A DNA stretch of 64,000 nucleotides from Mobula birostris (taxonomy: Eukaryota). Made by a program: the position numbers and the translations under genes. Location: NCBI RefSeq assembly GCF_030028105.1, contig NC_092383.1, forward strand, positions 86,757,921 to 86,821,920, in the 5' to 3' direction. The notes beneath the pieces are model-generated. The model was not told the DNA's origin. It was given only the letters and a program-made list of their open reading frames with translations, and ran no database searches. How positions within the stretch are numbered: position 1 is the stretch's first letter; each line of letters opens with the position of its first letter. Positions 34,301-46,300 of this stretch are shown here, piece after piece.

Positions 34301-37300
34301 GGAAAATCATATCTGACAAATCTCATAGAATTTTTTGAGGATGTAACTAGTAGCGTGGATAGGGGATAACCAGTGGATGTGGTATATTTGGATTTTCAAA
34401 AGGCTTTTGACAAGGTCCCACACAGGAGGTTAGTGTGCAAACTTAAAGCACACGGTATTGGGGGTATGGTATTGATGTGAATCGAGAATTGGTTGGCAGA
34501 CAAGAAGCAAAGACTGGGAATAAACGGGACCTTTTCAGAATGGCAGGCAGTGACTAGTGGGGTACCGCAAGGCTCAGTGCTGGGACCCCAGTTTTTTACA
34601 ATATATATCAATGACTTAGACGAGAGAATTAAATGCAGCATCTCCAAGTTTGCGGATGACACGAAGCTGGGCAGCAGTGTTAGCTGTGAGGAGGATGCTA
34701 AGAGGATGCAGGGTAATTTGGATAGGTTAGGTGAGTGGGCAAATTCATGGCAGATGCAATTTAATGTAGATAAATGTGAGGTTATCCACTTTGGTGGCAA
34801 GAACAGGAAAACAGATTATTATCTGAATGGTGGCCGATTAGGAAAAGGGGAGGTGCAACAAGACCTGGGTGTCATTGTACACCAGTCATTGAAAGTGGGC
34901 ATGCAGGTACAGCAGGCGTGAAAAAGGCGAATATTATGCTGGCATTCATAGCAAGAGGATTCAAGTACAGGAGCAGGGAGGTACTACTGCAGTTGTACAA
35001 GGCCTTGGTGAGACCACACCTAGAGCATTGTGTGCAGTTTTGGTCCCCTAATCTGAGGAAAGACATTCTTGCCATAGAGGGGGTACAAAGAAGGTTCACC
35101 AGATTGATTCCAGGGATGGCAGGACTTTCATATGATGAAAGACTGGATCGACTAGGCTTATACTCTCTGGAATTTAGAAGATTGAGGGGGGATCTGATTG
35201 AAACGTATAAAATTCTAAAGGGATTGGACAGGCTAGATGCAAGAAGATTGTTCCCGATGTTGGGGAAGTCCAGAACAAGGGGTCATTGTTTGAGGATAAA
35301 GGGGAAGCCTTTTAGGACCGAGATGAGGAAAAACTTCTTCACACAGAGAGTGGTGAATCTGTGGAATTCTCTGCCATAGGAAACAGTTGAGGCCAGTTCA
35401 TTGGCTATATTTAAGAGGGAGTTAGATAAGGCCCATGTGACTAAAGGGATCAGGGGGTATGGAGAGAAGGCAGGTATAGGGTTCTGAGTTGGATGGTCAG
35501 CCATGATCATAATGAATGGCGGTGCAGGCTCGAAGAGCCGAAAGGCCTACTCCTGCACCTATTTTCTATGTTTCTATGTTTCGTACAGGTGAAATCTTGC
35601 CTGAAAAATCCGTTAAAATTCTTTGAGGAAATTACAGGCAGGATAGACAACGGAGAGTAGGTGGATATGGTTTACTTGGATTTTTAGAAGGCCTTTGGCA
35701 ACATGCCACACTTGAGGCTGCTAAAGACAAAACCACAGTAGTACTGGAAAGATTCTAGAATGGAAAGAGGATCGGCTGGCTGACAGGAGGCAAAGAGCGT
35801 GAACAAAATGGTGCCTTTCCGTTTGGTTGTCAATGACTCAAGGTTTTCCACAGTGGTCTGTGTTGGAACCACTTCTTCTTTTCAGATTTCATGTCAACGA
35901 TTTGGATGACAGTATTGATGGCTTTGTGACCAAGTTTGGGGACAATAAAGTCAAAGTGAAAGTCAAAGTCAAAGTTTACACAGTTTGTTTTCCATTGATC
36001 CTGTTTACAGTTACTGTTCTGTAGATTTGCTAAGTATGCCCACAGAAAAAGAATATCAAAGTTGTATGTGGTGAGATGTACGCACTCCGATAACAAGTTT
36101 TTACTTTGACTTTGACTTTGATGAAGGGGTATCTCATTGAATCCTATCGAATATTGAAAGGACTAGAAAGAGTGGATTTAGAGATACAAACAAGGCTGAG
36201 CTTCATACATTTCCTTGCATTTGGTCCACATCCGTCTAAAGCTTTCCTGGACATGAATTTGTCCAAATGTATTTTAAATAGTGTATTTGTACCCACTTCC
36301 AACTCTTCCTCTGACCTTTTTCATGCACATACTACTCTGTGTGGAAAACACTACCCCTCCCAACCCTCTAAGACTCTACTCTCACCTTCAGACGAGACTC
36401 TTTAGTTTTTGACGTCCCTAGTCTGCAATAAAGACCGTGATTACCCACCATACCTTTGTCCCTCTTAATTTTTAAACTGGGGTTACCCCTCAGCAGAGTT
36501 AACTTCAGAGAAAACAGTCCCAGCCTATCCATATCCCAAAACTTCCAGTCCCAGCAGCATCTGTGTGGATGTTTTCTGTACCTTCTCTAAATTAATCACA
36601 CTCTTCCTCTGGACAAGGTGAAGTCTTGTCAATGTCCTTTATAGCTCTAACATGCCATCCCAACTGTACTTAATGCCACATCCAATGAAGGCAAGCATGG
36701 CATTTGCCTTGGTCAACACTTTGTCCACCTGTGTTGCCACTTTCAGGGACCAATGTAGTTGCACACCTCGTTCCCAACAGTGCAAGTTGTGTCCTTGTTT
36801 AATTTCCCAAAATGCATCACTTCACAGTGCCTGAGTTCAATTCCATCAGCTATTCCATTGGCCACTTTCCTAGTTCAAAGTTCAAAGTAAATTCATTATC
36901 AAACTATGTATACCATAAACAATCTAGTTTCATCTTCTTGCAGGCACCCACAAAACAAAGAAACACAACAGAATCCATGACGAACCACATACAACAAAAA
37001 CTAACAAGCATTCAATGTGCAAAAGATGATGAATCGTGCAAAATAAAAAAATATGTAAACAAATGATACATAGAACATGAGTCACAGAGTCCCCGAAAGT
37101 GAGACCACAGCTGTGGAGTCAGTTCAGCGCTGAGGTGAGTGAAAATGGTCCAGGACTCCTGTACGTCCTACCCAATGGTGGTAGTGAGAAGAGAGGTAGA
37201 TGTTTCAAATTCAGACAAATGGGATGGGTTCAGGTGGAAGGATTGTGTGGGAACAGAGTGATGTGGCTGAACACTGGTTCATTTTCCAGATCCAATTATA

Positions 37301-40300
37301 AAATTTGACAATTCTTTCCACTGTCCACCACGCTACAGTGTCAGCTGAAACTTATTAATCATGTGACTTACATTATCATAACAAATTATCAATATCGATG
37401 ACAAATAACAGTGGTTAATGAATAATAGCACTGATCCCTATGACATACCACTCGTGATAAAGTCTGGTGTTGTCAGACATCACGATCACAACCTGATCAC
37501 TTCTGCCAAGCCTATTCAGTACTCATTCAGTTAGCTTACACTGTGATCTCACATTACAGTGGATGTGCTCTATATGGATCTGTGTGGGCACGTGGCCAAG
37601 TGGTTAAGGCATTGGACTAGCGACCTGAAAGTCGTGAGTTCGAGCCCCAGCTGAGGAGAGAAGGTTTACAAGGATGTTGCCGGGACTTGAGAAGCTCAGT
37701 TACAGAGAAAGGTTGAATAGGTTAGGACTTTATTCCCTGGAGCGTAGAAGAATGAGGGGAGATTTGATGGAGGTATGTAAAATTATGATGGGTATAGCTA
37801 GAGTGAATGCAAGCAGGCTTTTTCCATTGAGGCAAGGGGAGAAAAAAACCAGAGGACATGGGTTAAGGGTGAGGAGGGAAAAGTTTAAAGGGAACATTAG
37901 GGGGGGCTTCTTCACATAGAGAGTGGTGGGAGTATGGAATGAGCTGCCAGACAAGGTGATAAATGCGGGTTCTTTCTTAACATTTAAGAATAAATTGGAC
38001 AGATACATGGATGGGAGGTGTATGGAGGGATATGGTCTGTGTGCAGGTCAGTGGGACTAGGCAGAAAATGGTTCAGCACAGCCAAGAAGGGCCAAAAGGC
38101 CTGTTTCTGTGCTGTAGTTTCTATGGTTTCTATGGTTTCTGAGGCAACGTGTTGTGTCCTTGAGCAAGGCACTTAATCACACATTGCTCTGCGACGACAC
38201 TGGTGCCAAGCTGTATGGGTCCTAGTGCCCTTCCCTTGGACAACATTGGTGTCGTGGAGAGGGGAGACTTGCTGCATGGGCAACTGCTGGTCTTCCATAC
38301 AACCTTGCCCAGGCCTGCGCCCTGGAGAGTGAAGATTTTCCAGGTGCAGATCCATGGTCTCGCAAGACTAACTGATCTATATGGATTTTTGTAAGGCATT
38401 AGGCAAGGTTCCACATGGTAGGCTTATTCAGAAAATCAGAAGGCATGGGATCCAGGGAAGTTTGGCCAGGTGGATTCAGAATTGTCTTGCCTGCAGAAGG
38501 CAGAGGATCGTGGTGGAGGGAGTACATTCGGATTGGAGGGTTGTGACTAGTCCCACAAGGACTGGTTCTGGGACCTCTACTTTTGTGATTTTTATTAACG
38601 ACCTGGATGTGGGGGTAGAAGGGTGGGTTGGCAAGTTTGCAGATGACACAAAGGTTGGTGGTGTTGTAGATAGGGTAGAGGATTGTTGAAGATTGCAGAG
38701 AGACATTGATAGGATGCAGAAGTGGGCTGAAAAGTGGCAGATGGAGTTCAACCCGGAGAAGTGTGAGGTGGTACATTTTGGAAGGACAAACTCCAAGGCA
38801 GAATACAAAGTAAATGGCAGGATACTCGATCGTGTGGAGGAGCAGAGGGATCTGGGGGTACATGTCCACAGATCTCTGCAAGTATCCTCACAGGTAGATA
38901 GGGTAGTTAAGAAAACTTATGGGGTGTTAGCTTTCATAAATCGAGGGATAGAGTTTAAGAGTCGTGAGGTAATGATGCAGCTCAATAAAACTCTGGTTAG
39001 GCCACATTTGGAGTATTGTGTCCAGTTCTGGTTGCCTCACTATAGGAAGGATGTGGAAGCATTGGAAAGGGTACAGAGGAGATTTACCAGGATGCTGCCT
39101 GGTTTAGAGTGTATGGATTATGATCAGAGATTAAGGGAGCTAGGGCTTTACTCTTTGGAGAGAAGGAGGATGAGAGGAGACATGATAGAGACATACAAGA
39201 TATTAAGAGGAATAGATAGAGTGGATAGCCAGTGCTTCTTCCCCAGGGCACCACTGCTCAATACAAGGGGACATGGCTTTAAGGTAAAGGATGGGAAGTT
39301 CAAGGGGGATATTAGAGGAAGGTTTTTTACTCAGAGAGTGGTTGGTGCGTGGAATACACTGCCTGAGTCAGTGGTGGAGTCAGATACACTAGTAAAATCT
39401 AAGAGACTACTAGACAGGTATATGGAGGAATTTAAGGTGGAGGGTTATATGGGAGGCAGGGTTTGAGGGTCAGCACAACAATATGGGTCGAAGGGCCTGT
39501 ACTGCGCTGTACTATTCTATGTTACAGATCAGTCTACAATGCAAGATCTTGCCAAAGGCCTTGCTAAACTCCATGGGCTAAGCACTACTGTCCTGCTCTC
39601 TTCAGTCCCTTTGATTATCTCTTCCAAAAAACTCAGCCATATTTGTTTGAAAGAGGATGTCCCATGCACAAAATCACATAGACCATCCCAAATCAGATCT
39701 TGTTTTTGGCAAATTCAGGTAGATCCTGTCTTACACAATCACCTCCAGTAAGTTACCCACCACTGATCTTATGCTCACCTACCTGGAATGGGACTGGATC
39801 AGTAATCTATTGACTCAGAAATGTGGAAACACACTGAGACATTAGTGAGCAGTGACAATCCTGACTCCAATCAAATAAAAATCATTACTTGTGAAGAGCT
39901 GTGAGCACGAGATGAGGGACGATGCTGTTGTCTTCTCAGTCTATGTGGAATTCAATTGTATCAATTGACAGTGTGGCAGATTCCTTAGAACACAGTGATA
40001 GCTTTATATAAAATATCTTTATTTATCATTATTATGTTCTTTATCTTTTGTGTTTTTGTGCTGCATTAAGCCAGGGTAACAATGATTTCATTCTCTTTTA
40101 CACTTGTGCGCTGGAAATGAGATTAAACAATCTTGAATCTAGAATCTAGAATCTGCTTGTGTAAATTTGATTTTACCGGTCCATATTCTGAAAAATTTCT
40201 CCCTCAGTTTCAGGTGCTTTATGGGCAGAAGATAAAGTGAGAGGAGTTGTGGGAAGAGCGATCACAATCGATTGTCACTATGCACCAATGTATCGCTTAG

Positions 40301-43300
40301 ACCCAAAGATGTTGTGCCGCATCTGGGAACGCCGATGCACATCGTTAGTGAATACAAAGGGGCAAAATGAGCAGTATGGAAGAATGACAATCAGAGATAA
40401 CACATCCCAGGGAATATTTACTGTTACTATGGAGAATCTTGTCTCGAATGATACAGGGCATTACAGATGTGTAATTACATCATCTGGCAATCCTCCAATG
40501 TTTGACGTGTATCTACAAGTATCTGATGGTAGGTTTCCCATTGATTGACTTCATCTTTCCACTGAAGTGTCTGATTCATGTTTTCTCTGGGAAGTGTCAG
40601 GGCAGTACCGATATTCCGCGGTCTGTTACAGTGCAGCCCCGTGTGGGGAGGGTGCCGGGTTCGGGAAACCCCACTCAAGTTGCTTTCATCCAGTGTGTGG
40701 GATCTGACCCTCTGGTTTCCAGTGGGAGGCTCAGCACATTATCCTGCTTCTGAACCGTATGAAATGTTACTCTGTCAGTGGTTTGCATTCAGACTAAAAC
40801 TAATAATCTGATATTTACAGGTCAATGAGAAACAAGTGATACACATGATCTAAACACTTCAGAAAGCATAAAAAGGGAATCAGATCCAGATCACAACAGA
40901 TTGTGTTCAGTTCTCCCAGGGCAGTCTATTCTGTTTCCCATCCCTGCTTCGTGGATCAGTCACTCCCTTGCCTACCCTGCGCTCCCTCTCTGTGCTCTCG
41001 TAATCCACCCGCCAGCACCCACTGACCATCCACTTCCCAGCATCCAGCCTCTCCATTGTTGTGTTCTTTATACGTACCGTGGGTTACTAAGAACAAACCA
41101 CATTCTGGAAGAATAAGAACTAGAACTTTTATTTACAACAGCAAACAGCAACCCTGTTTCTTCTTACAGTCATGCTTTCTAGATCATTCTCTCATTTCTG
41201 CGCATGTTCCAAACTCTGTCCAATCACGTTCTTACTTGTGACATGTGATATCACCACATCCTCCTTTCCTTTAAAAGAAAAACAACTAGCAACATTAATC
41301 AGAACAAATACATAATTTAACATGTCTCTATCAGTCTCCCTGAGGGTTTATGAACACGAGTAGACCTTCTAAGTGATTCACACAGTTCTTGTGTTTCGTT
41401 GTTATCTTCTTGTTTTGTCTGGTCTGCATCAGTTAACTGAAACTCTGAAGTTGGTTCTTTCTTAAGGTGTTTGAGAAGAAATCGCAATTCCTTCATTAAC
41501 TTTGTAATCTCTTTTTTATGCGGGCTTCATCATTTCAATAAAACTTCTCAATTCCTTCGCTTGTACTTTCACTTCTTCAATTGGATCCTGATTCTTGTCA
41601 CTCTTTGGCTTAAGACCAGTCTTGTACTGTACTGGCAAGTTTGCTGGTGGCATGCTTTGTCAGATGCTGGTAACAAAGGGATGGGCCTGGGAGCTATCGT
41701 TATGACTTCTTTTACTTTTGCCGCGTTGGAATAAAATTCTGTTCTCTCTTGCTCTTTCATCATTTCAGTGTATTCTGACTGTGTGTCACTGTCCAGGACT
41801 AAAATCTATTTTCACCAAATTCAGTCTCTCACAGGCAGATAGACCCAGTATTGACTGTACATTTTTTGGCACCACCACAAATGAAAGCATGTGCACCATA
41901 TTTTTGTGTGATACTTTTGCCACACATGTTCCTTTAACTGGAATGTCTGCATCTGAATACCCAATCACTTTTATATTTGTCTGATGTAATTTTGGTATAG
42001 GCTTTAATGCATTAAACTCAGATTCTGCAAGAACATTTACTTGTGCTCCAGTATCCAGTTTAAACAGAATATTGTTTTGATTCACTTGCAATGGAATAGT
42101 CCAGTCATTCTTACTTTGTTTGTTTTTACAAAGCACATCTATGTAAAACTCCTCACGTTCATTTTCAAGCACTGCATTCGCATGTTTTATTTCTTTTTTT
42201 ATTTCTACAACAGCGTGAAAAATTATTATTCTTACTGTAGTCGTTGCACATTTTCCCGTATGTTGGACACTGTTTTAGCCGATGTTGCTGACCACAGCGA
42301 TCACAAAGTCTTTTTCTTTCAGATGTCTGTTGGTTTCGTTGTCGCTTCATTATTTTTCCTAATATGTTTGTGCTTTACAGTGTGTACACTGCCATTCTCG
42401 ATAAAAAGCTCTTTAGCCTGCGACACCACAGTTTGCGAAGCTTTGCAGAGAATCAAAGCTTTTTCCGAATCTATGTCTGGTTCTCTTAATAGTCTTTCTC
42501 GCAGACCATTATCTAGGATGCCGCAATCAATTCTGTCTTTAATGAGAGAATCCGTCAGCTCTGCAAACTCGCATGTTTTACTGCAGTTTCCCAACTCTGT
42601 AACAGATTGATCAATCGTTTGACCAGGTCTCTGCCAAGATTTGAATAAATTGTACCGTTCATACGTCACATTGTGCTTCGGTATACAAAATGCATCAAAT
42701 TTATCCATTATCGCTTTGGAATTCAAATTATCTCCATTCTCAAAAGTAAAATAGTTATATACCTCAATTGCATCATCACCCTATTACATGGAGTAGAATT
42801 GCTGCTCTAGTTTTTTCTGATTTTTTTATCAGCTCCGATTGCCAATAAATAAATTTCAAAATGCTGTTTAAATATTTTCCAGTTTTCAGCTATGTTTCCT
42901 GTCAGCTGAAGTGTCGATGGGGTTGCAAAACTTCCATTTTTAAAACTGTTAGCAAACCAAACAGTTCGCGTGCTTTTTTTTTCTTCGATTATCTTTGATT
43001 CTCCCGTTTCCGTGTTATTCTTCCAGGCCCACTTCTGACAGCATGTTGTGTTCTTTATACGTACTGTGGGTTACTAAGAACAAACCTTATTCTGGAAGAA
43101 TAAGAACTAGAACTTTTATTTACAACAGCAAACAGCAACCACATTTATTACAGCCATGCTTTCTAGATCATTCTCTCATTTCTGCGCATTCTCCAAACTC
43201 TGTCCAATCACGTTCTTACACGTGACATGTGGTATCACCACACCCATCAGGCCCATTCCTGGTGGGAAATAGACCAACGAGGTTAGAAAGAACTTGGGAT

Positions 43301-46300
43301 ACAGTCCAGCTCAAGAATTGACTCTTTGGCCCACCATGTCTACACTGACCATGCTATCATTCTAAGCTATTTCCATCTTATTGCATGTGGTCCATATCTC
43401 TCCAACCCCTCCCTTTTCATGTCCATAACCAAAAGCTTCTTAAATATTGATGTGATATCCCTTTCTACCAACCAGTCTGACTGCGTGTTCCATGCAGTTG
43501 CTACCCACAGTGTAAAGAAAAGCTTGTCTTACAAACATCATTTAAACTTTTCCCTGATTACTATAAAACTATGCCCACTATTACTTGGTATCTCAACCCT
43601 GGGAAAATGATTCTGAATATTTTCCCTATCTATGTCTTGTACAACTTTATAGACTTTTATCAGGTCTCTCCTCAGCCTCCTATACTCAAGTGAACACAAA
43701 CCAAGTTTTTCCAACTTCTCCCCATAGCTAATACACTCCTATCCAGGAAACATATATTTATTTATTTGTTTGTTTGTTTGGAACAGCATGGAATCAATGC
43801 TTCCAACCCTCGGGCCACGCCACCCAGCAATCCCCAGATTTAACCATAGCCTAATCACAGGACAATTTACAATGACCAATTAACTTACCAGCTGGTAGGT
43901 CATTGGAATTTGGGAAGAAACTGAAGCACCTGGAGGAAATGCACACAGTCACGGGGAGAAAGTACAGACTCCTTACAGACAGTGGCAGGAATTGAACCCG
44001 GGTCGCTGGTACTGTAAAGCGTTGTGGTAACTATTATGCTACTGTGTCACCCCTGGTACCATTGTGGTGAGCCTCCTTACCCTCTCCAAAACCTCAACAT
44101 CTTTCTTATTGTGTTGCAACCAGAGTACGCGTTATGTTCTCAATATAACCTAACCAGAGTTTTATGAAGCTACAAAATGCCTTGTCGAATTAGTCTCCAT
44201 CATGTAAATTGAAGAAGGCAAACATGCTGAATGCTTTCATTACCATTATGTCTGCTTGTGTTGCCACGTTCAGGGAGCAGTGGACTTGTAACCCTAGAAC
44301 TCTCTGTACATCAATTCTAAAGGGAGCCATCTGTTAAATTTCAGGCGACGTCACACTCCCCTAATGAATAAGGAGTGTTTGAAGGCCCTGGGCCTGTGCT
44401 CATCAGAGTTTAGAAGAATGAGGAGGGCACTCATTGAAAGCTATCCGGCATTAAAAAGCCTAGTGGATGTGGAGACGATGTTTCAACAGTAAGGGCGTAT
44501 AGGCCCTGAAGGCACAGACTCAGAATAGAAGGACATCCCTTCAAAACAGAGATCAGGAGGAATTTCTTCAGCCAGAAGCTGGTGAATCTGTGGATTTCAT
44601 TGCCACAGGCAGTTGTGGAGGCCAAATCATTGGATATATTTAAAACGGAAATTCATTGGTTCTTCATTAGTAACAGCACCAAAAGATACAGAGAGAAGGC
44701 AGAAGAATTGATTTAGACCATAAGACCACAAGATATAGGAGCAGAAGTAGGCCATTCGGCCCATCAACTCTGCTCTGCATTTCAATCATGGGCTGATCCA
44801 ATTTTTCCAGTCATCCCCACTCCCCTGCCTTCTCCCCATACTCTTTGATTCCCTGGCTAATCAAGAACCTATCTACCTCTGCCTTCAATACACCCAGTGA
44901 GCTAACCTCCAGAGCTGCTCAGGGCAACAAATCAGATTTACCACCCTCTGACTAAAGTAATTTCTCTACATCTCAGTTCTAAAAGGACATCCTTCAATCC
45001 TGAAGTCGTGCCCTCTTGTCCTAGAATCCCCTACCATGGGAAATAACTTTGCCATATCTAATCTGTTCAGCCCTTTTAATCTTTGGAATGTTTCTATGAG
45101 ATTCCCCCCTCATTCTCCTGAACTCCAGTGAATACAGCCCAAGAACTGCCAAACATTCCTCATACAGTAACCCTTTTATTCCTGAAATCATTCTCATGAA
45201 TCGTCTCTGAACCCTTTCCAATGTCGGTATATCCTTTCTAAAATAAGGAGCCCAAAACTGCACACAATACTCTAAGTGTAGTCTCACGAATGCCTTATAG
45301 ATCCTCAACATCACATCCCTGCTTTTATATCCTATACCTCGAGAAATGAATGCCAACATTGCATTCGCCTTCTTCACAACTGACTCAAGCTGGAGTTTAA
45401 AGTATTTAACCTTTAGGGTATCTTGCACAAGGGCTCCCAAGTCCCTTTGCATCTCTGCACTTTGAATTCTCTCCCCACCTAAATAATAGTCTGCCTGTTT
45501 ATTTCTTCCACCAAAGTGCATGACCATACATTTTCCAACATTGTATTTCATTTGCCACTTCTTTGCCCATTCACCTAAACTATCTAAGTCTCTCTGCAGG
45601 CTCTCTGTTTCCTCAATACTACCCGCTCCTCCACCTATCTTTGTGTCATCGGCAAATTTAGCAATAAATCCATTAATACCGTAGTTGAAATCATTAACAT
45701 ACATCGTAAAAAGCAGCAGTCCCAACACCAACCCCTGTGGAACTCCACTGGTAACTGGCCGCCAGCCAGAATAGATTCCCTTTATTTCCGCTCTCTGTTT
45801 TCTGCCGACCAGCCAATGCTCCACCCGTACTAGTGACTTCCCTGTAATTCCATGGGCTCTTACCTTGCTAAGCAGCCTCATGGACGGCACCTTATCAAAG
45901 GCCTTCTGAAAATCCAAGTACACCACGTCTACTGCATCTCCTTTGTCTACTCTGCTTGTAATTTCTTCAAAGAATTACAGTATGTTTTTCAGGCAGGATT
46001 TTCCTTTCAGGAAACCATGCTGGCTTTGGCCTATCTTGTCACGTGGAGGAATATTAAATCAGCCATGATGGAATGGTGGAGCAGACTCAATAGAGTGAAT
46101 AGCATAACTCTATTCCTATCTCTTATGACCCTATGGTCTATGGTCTTTCTGATTCTCCAGTCTCACATAGATCTCAAAACTAATGGGTTCCCTTCCTGCT
46201 ACAGGTCACTGAAACCAATCACAATCATACTCTCCCTCAATAGATATCAGTACTAATGGGATCCCTTCCTGCTGTAGGTCACTGAAAAAAAAATCACAAT

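Noticed and set aside
35948-36122. (aaagtc)n ... (gacttt)n inverted microsatellite pair as a novel element or CRISPR-like array
   Set aside because: It is explained by two opposing LINE/SINE 3' tails; there is no spacer-repeat array, and the DNA is eukaryotic.
37583-37655. tRNA gene
   Set aside because: The tRNA-like A/B boxes continue into a SINE body after the CR1 insertion; no complete cloverleaf acceptor stem is seen.
31242-40207. A separate TM/terminal exon set or second leader that would split gene B into two genes
   Set aside because: The interval is almost entirely CR1/SINE/LINE debris; no MW..FLP|gt leader or TM-type exon was recognised by eye.
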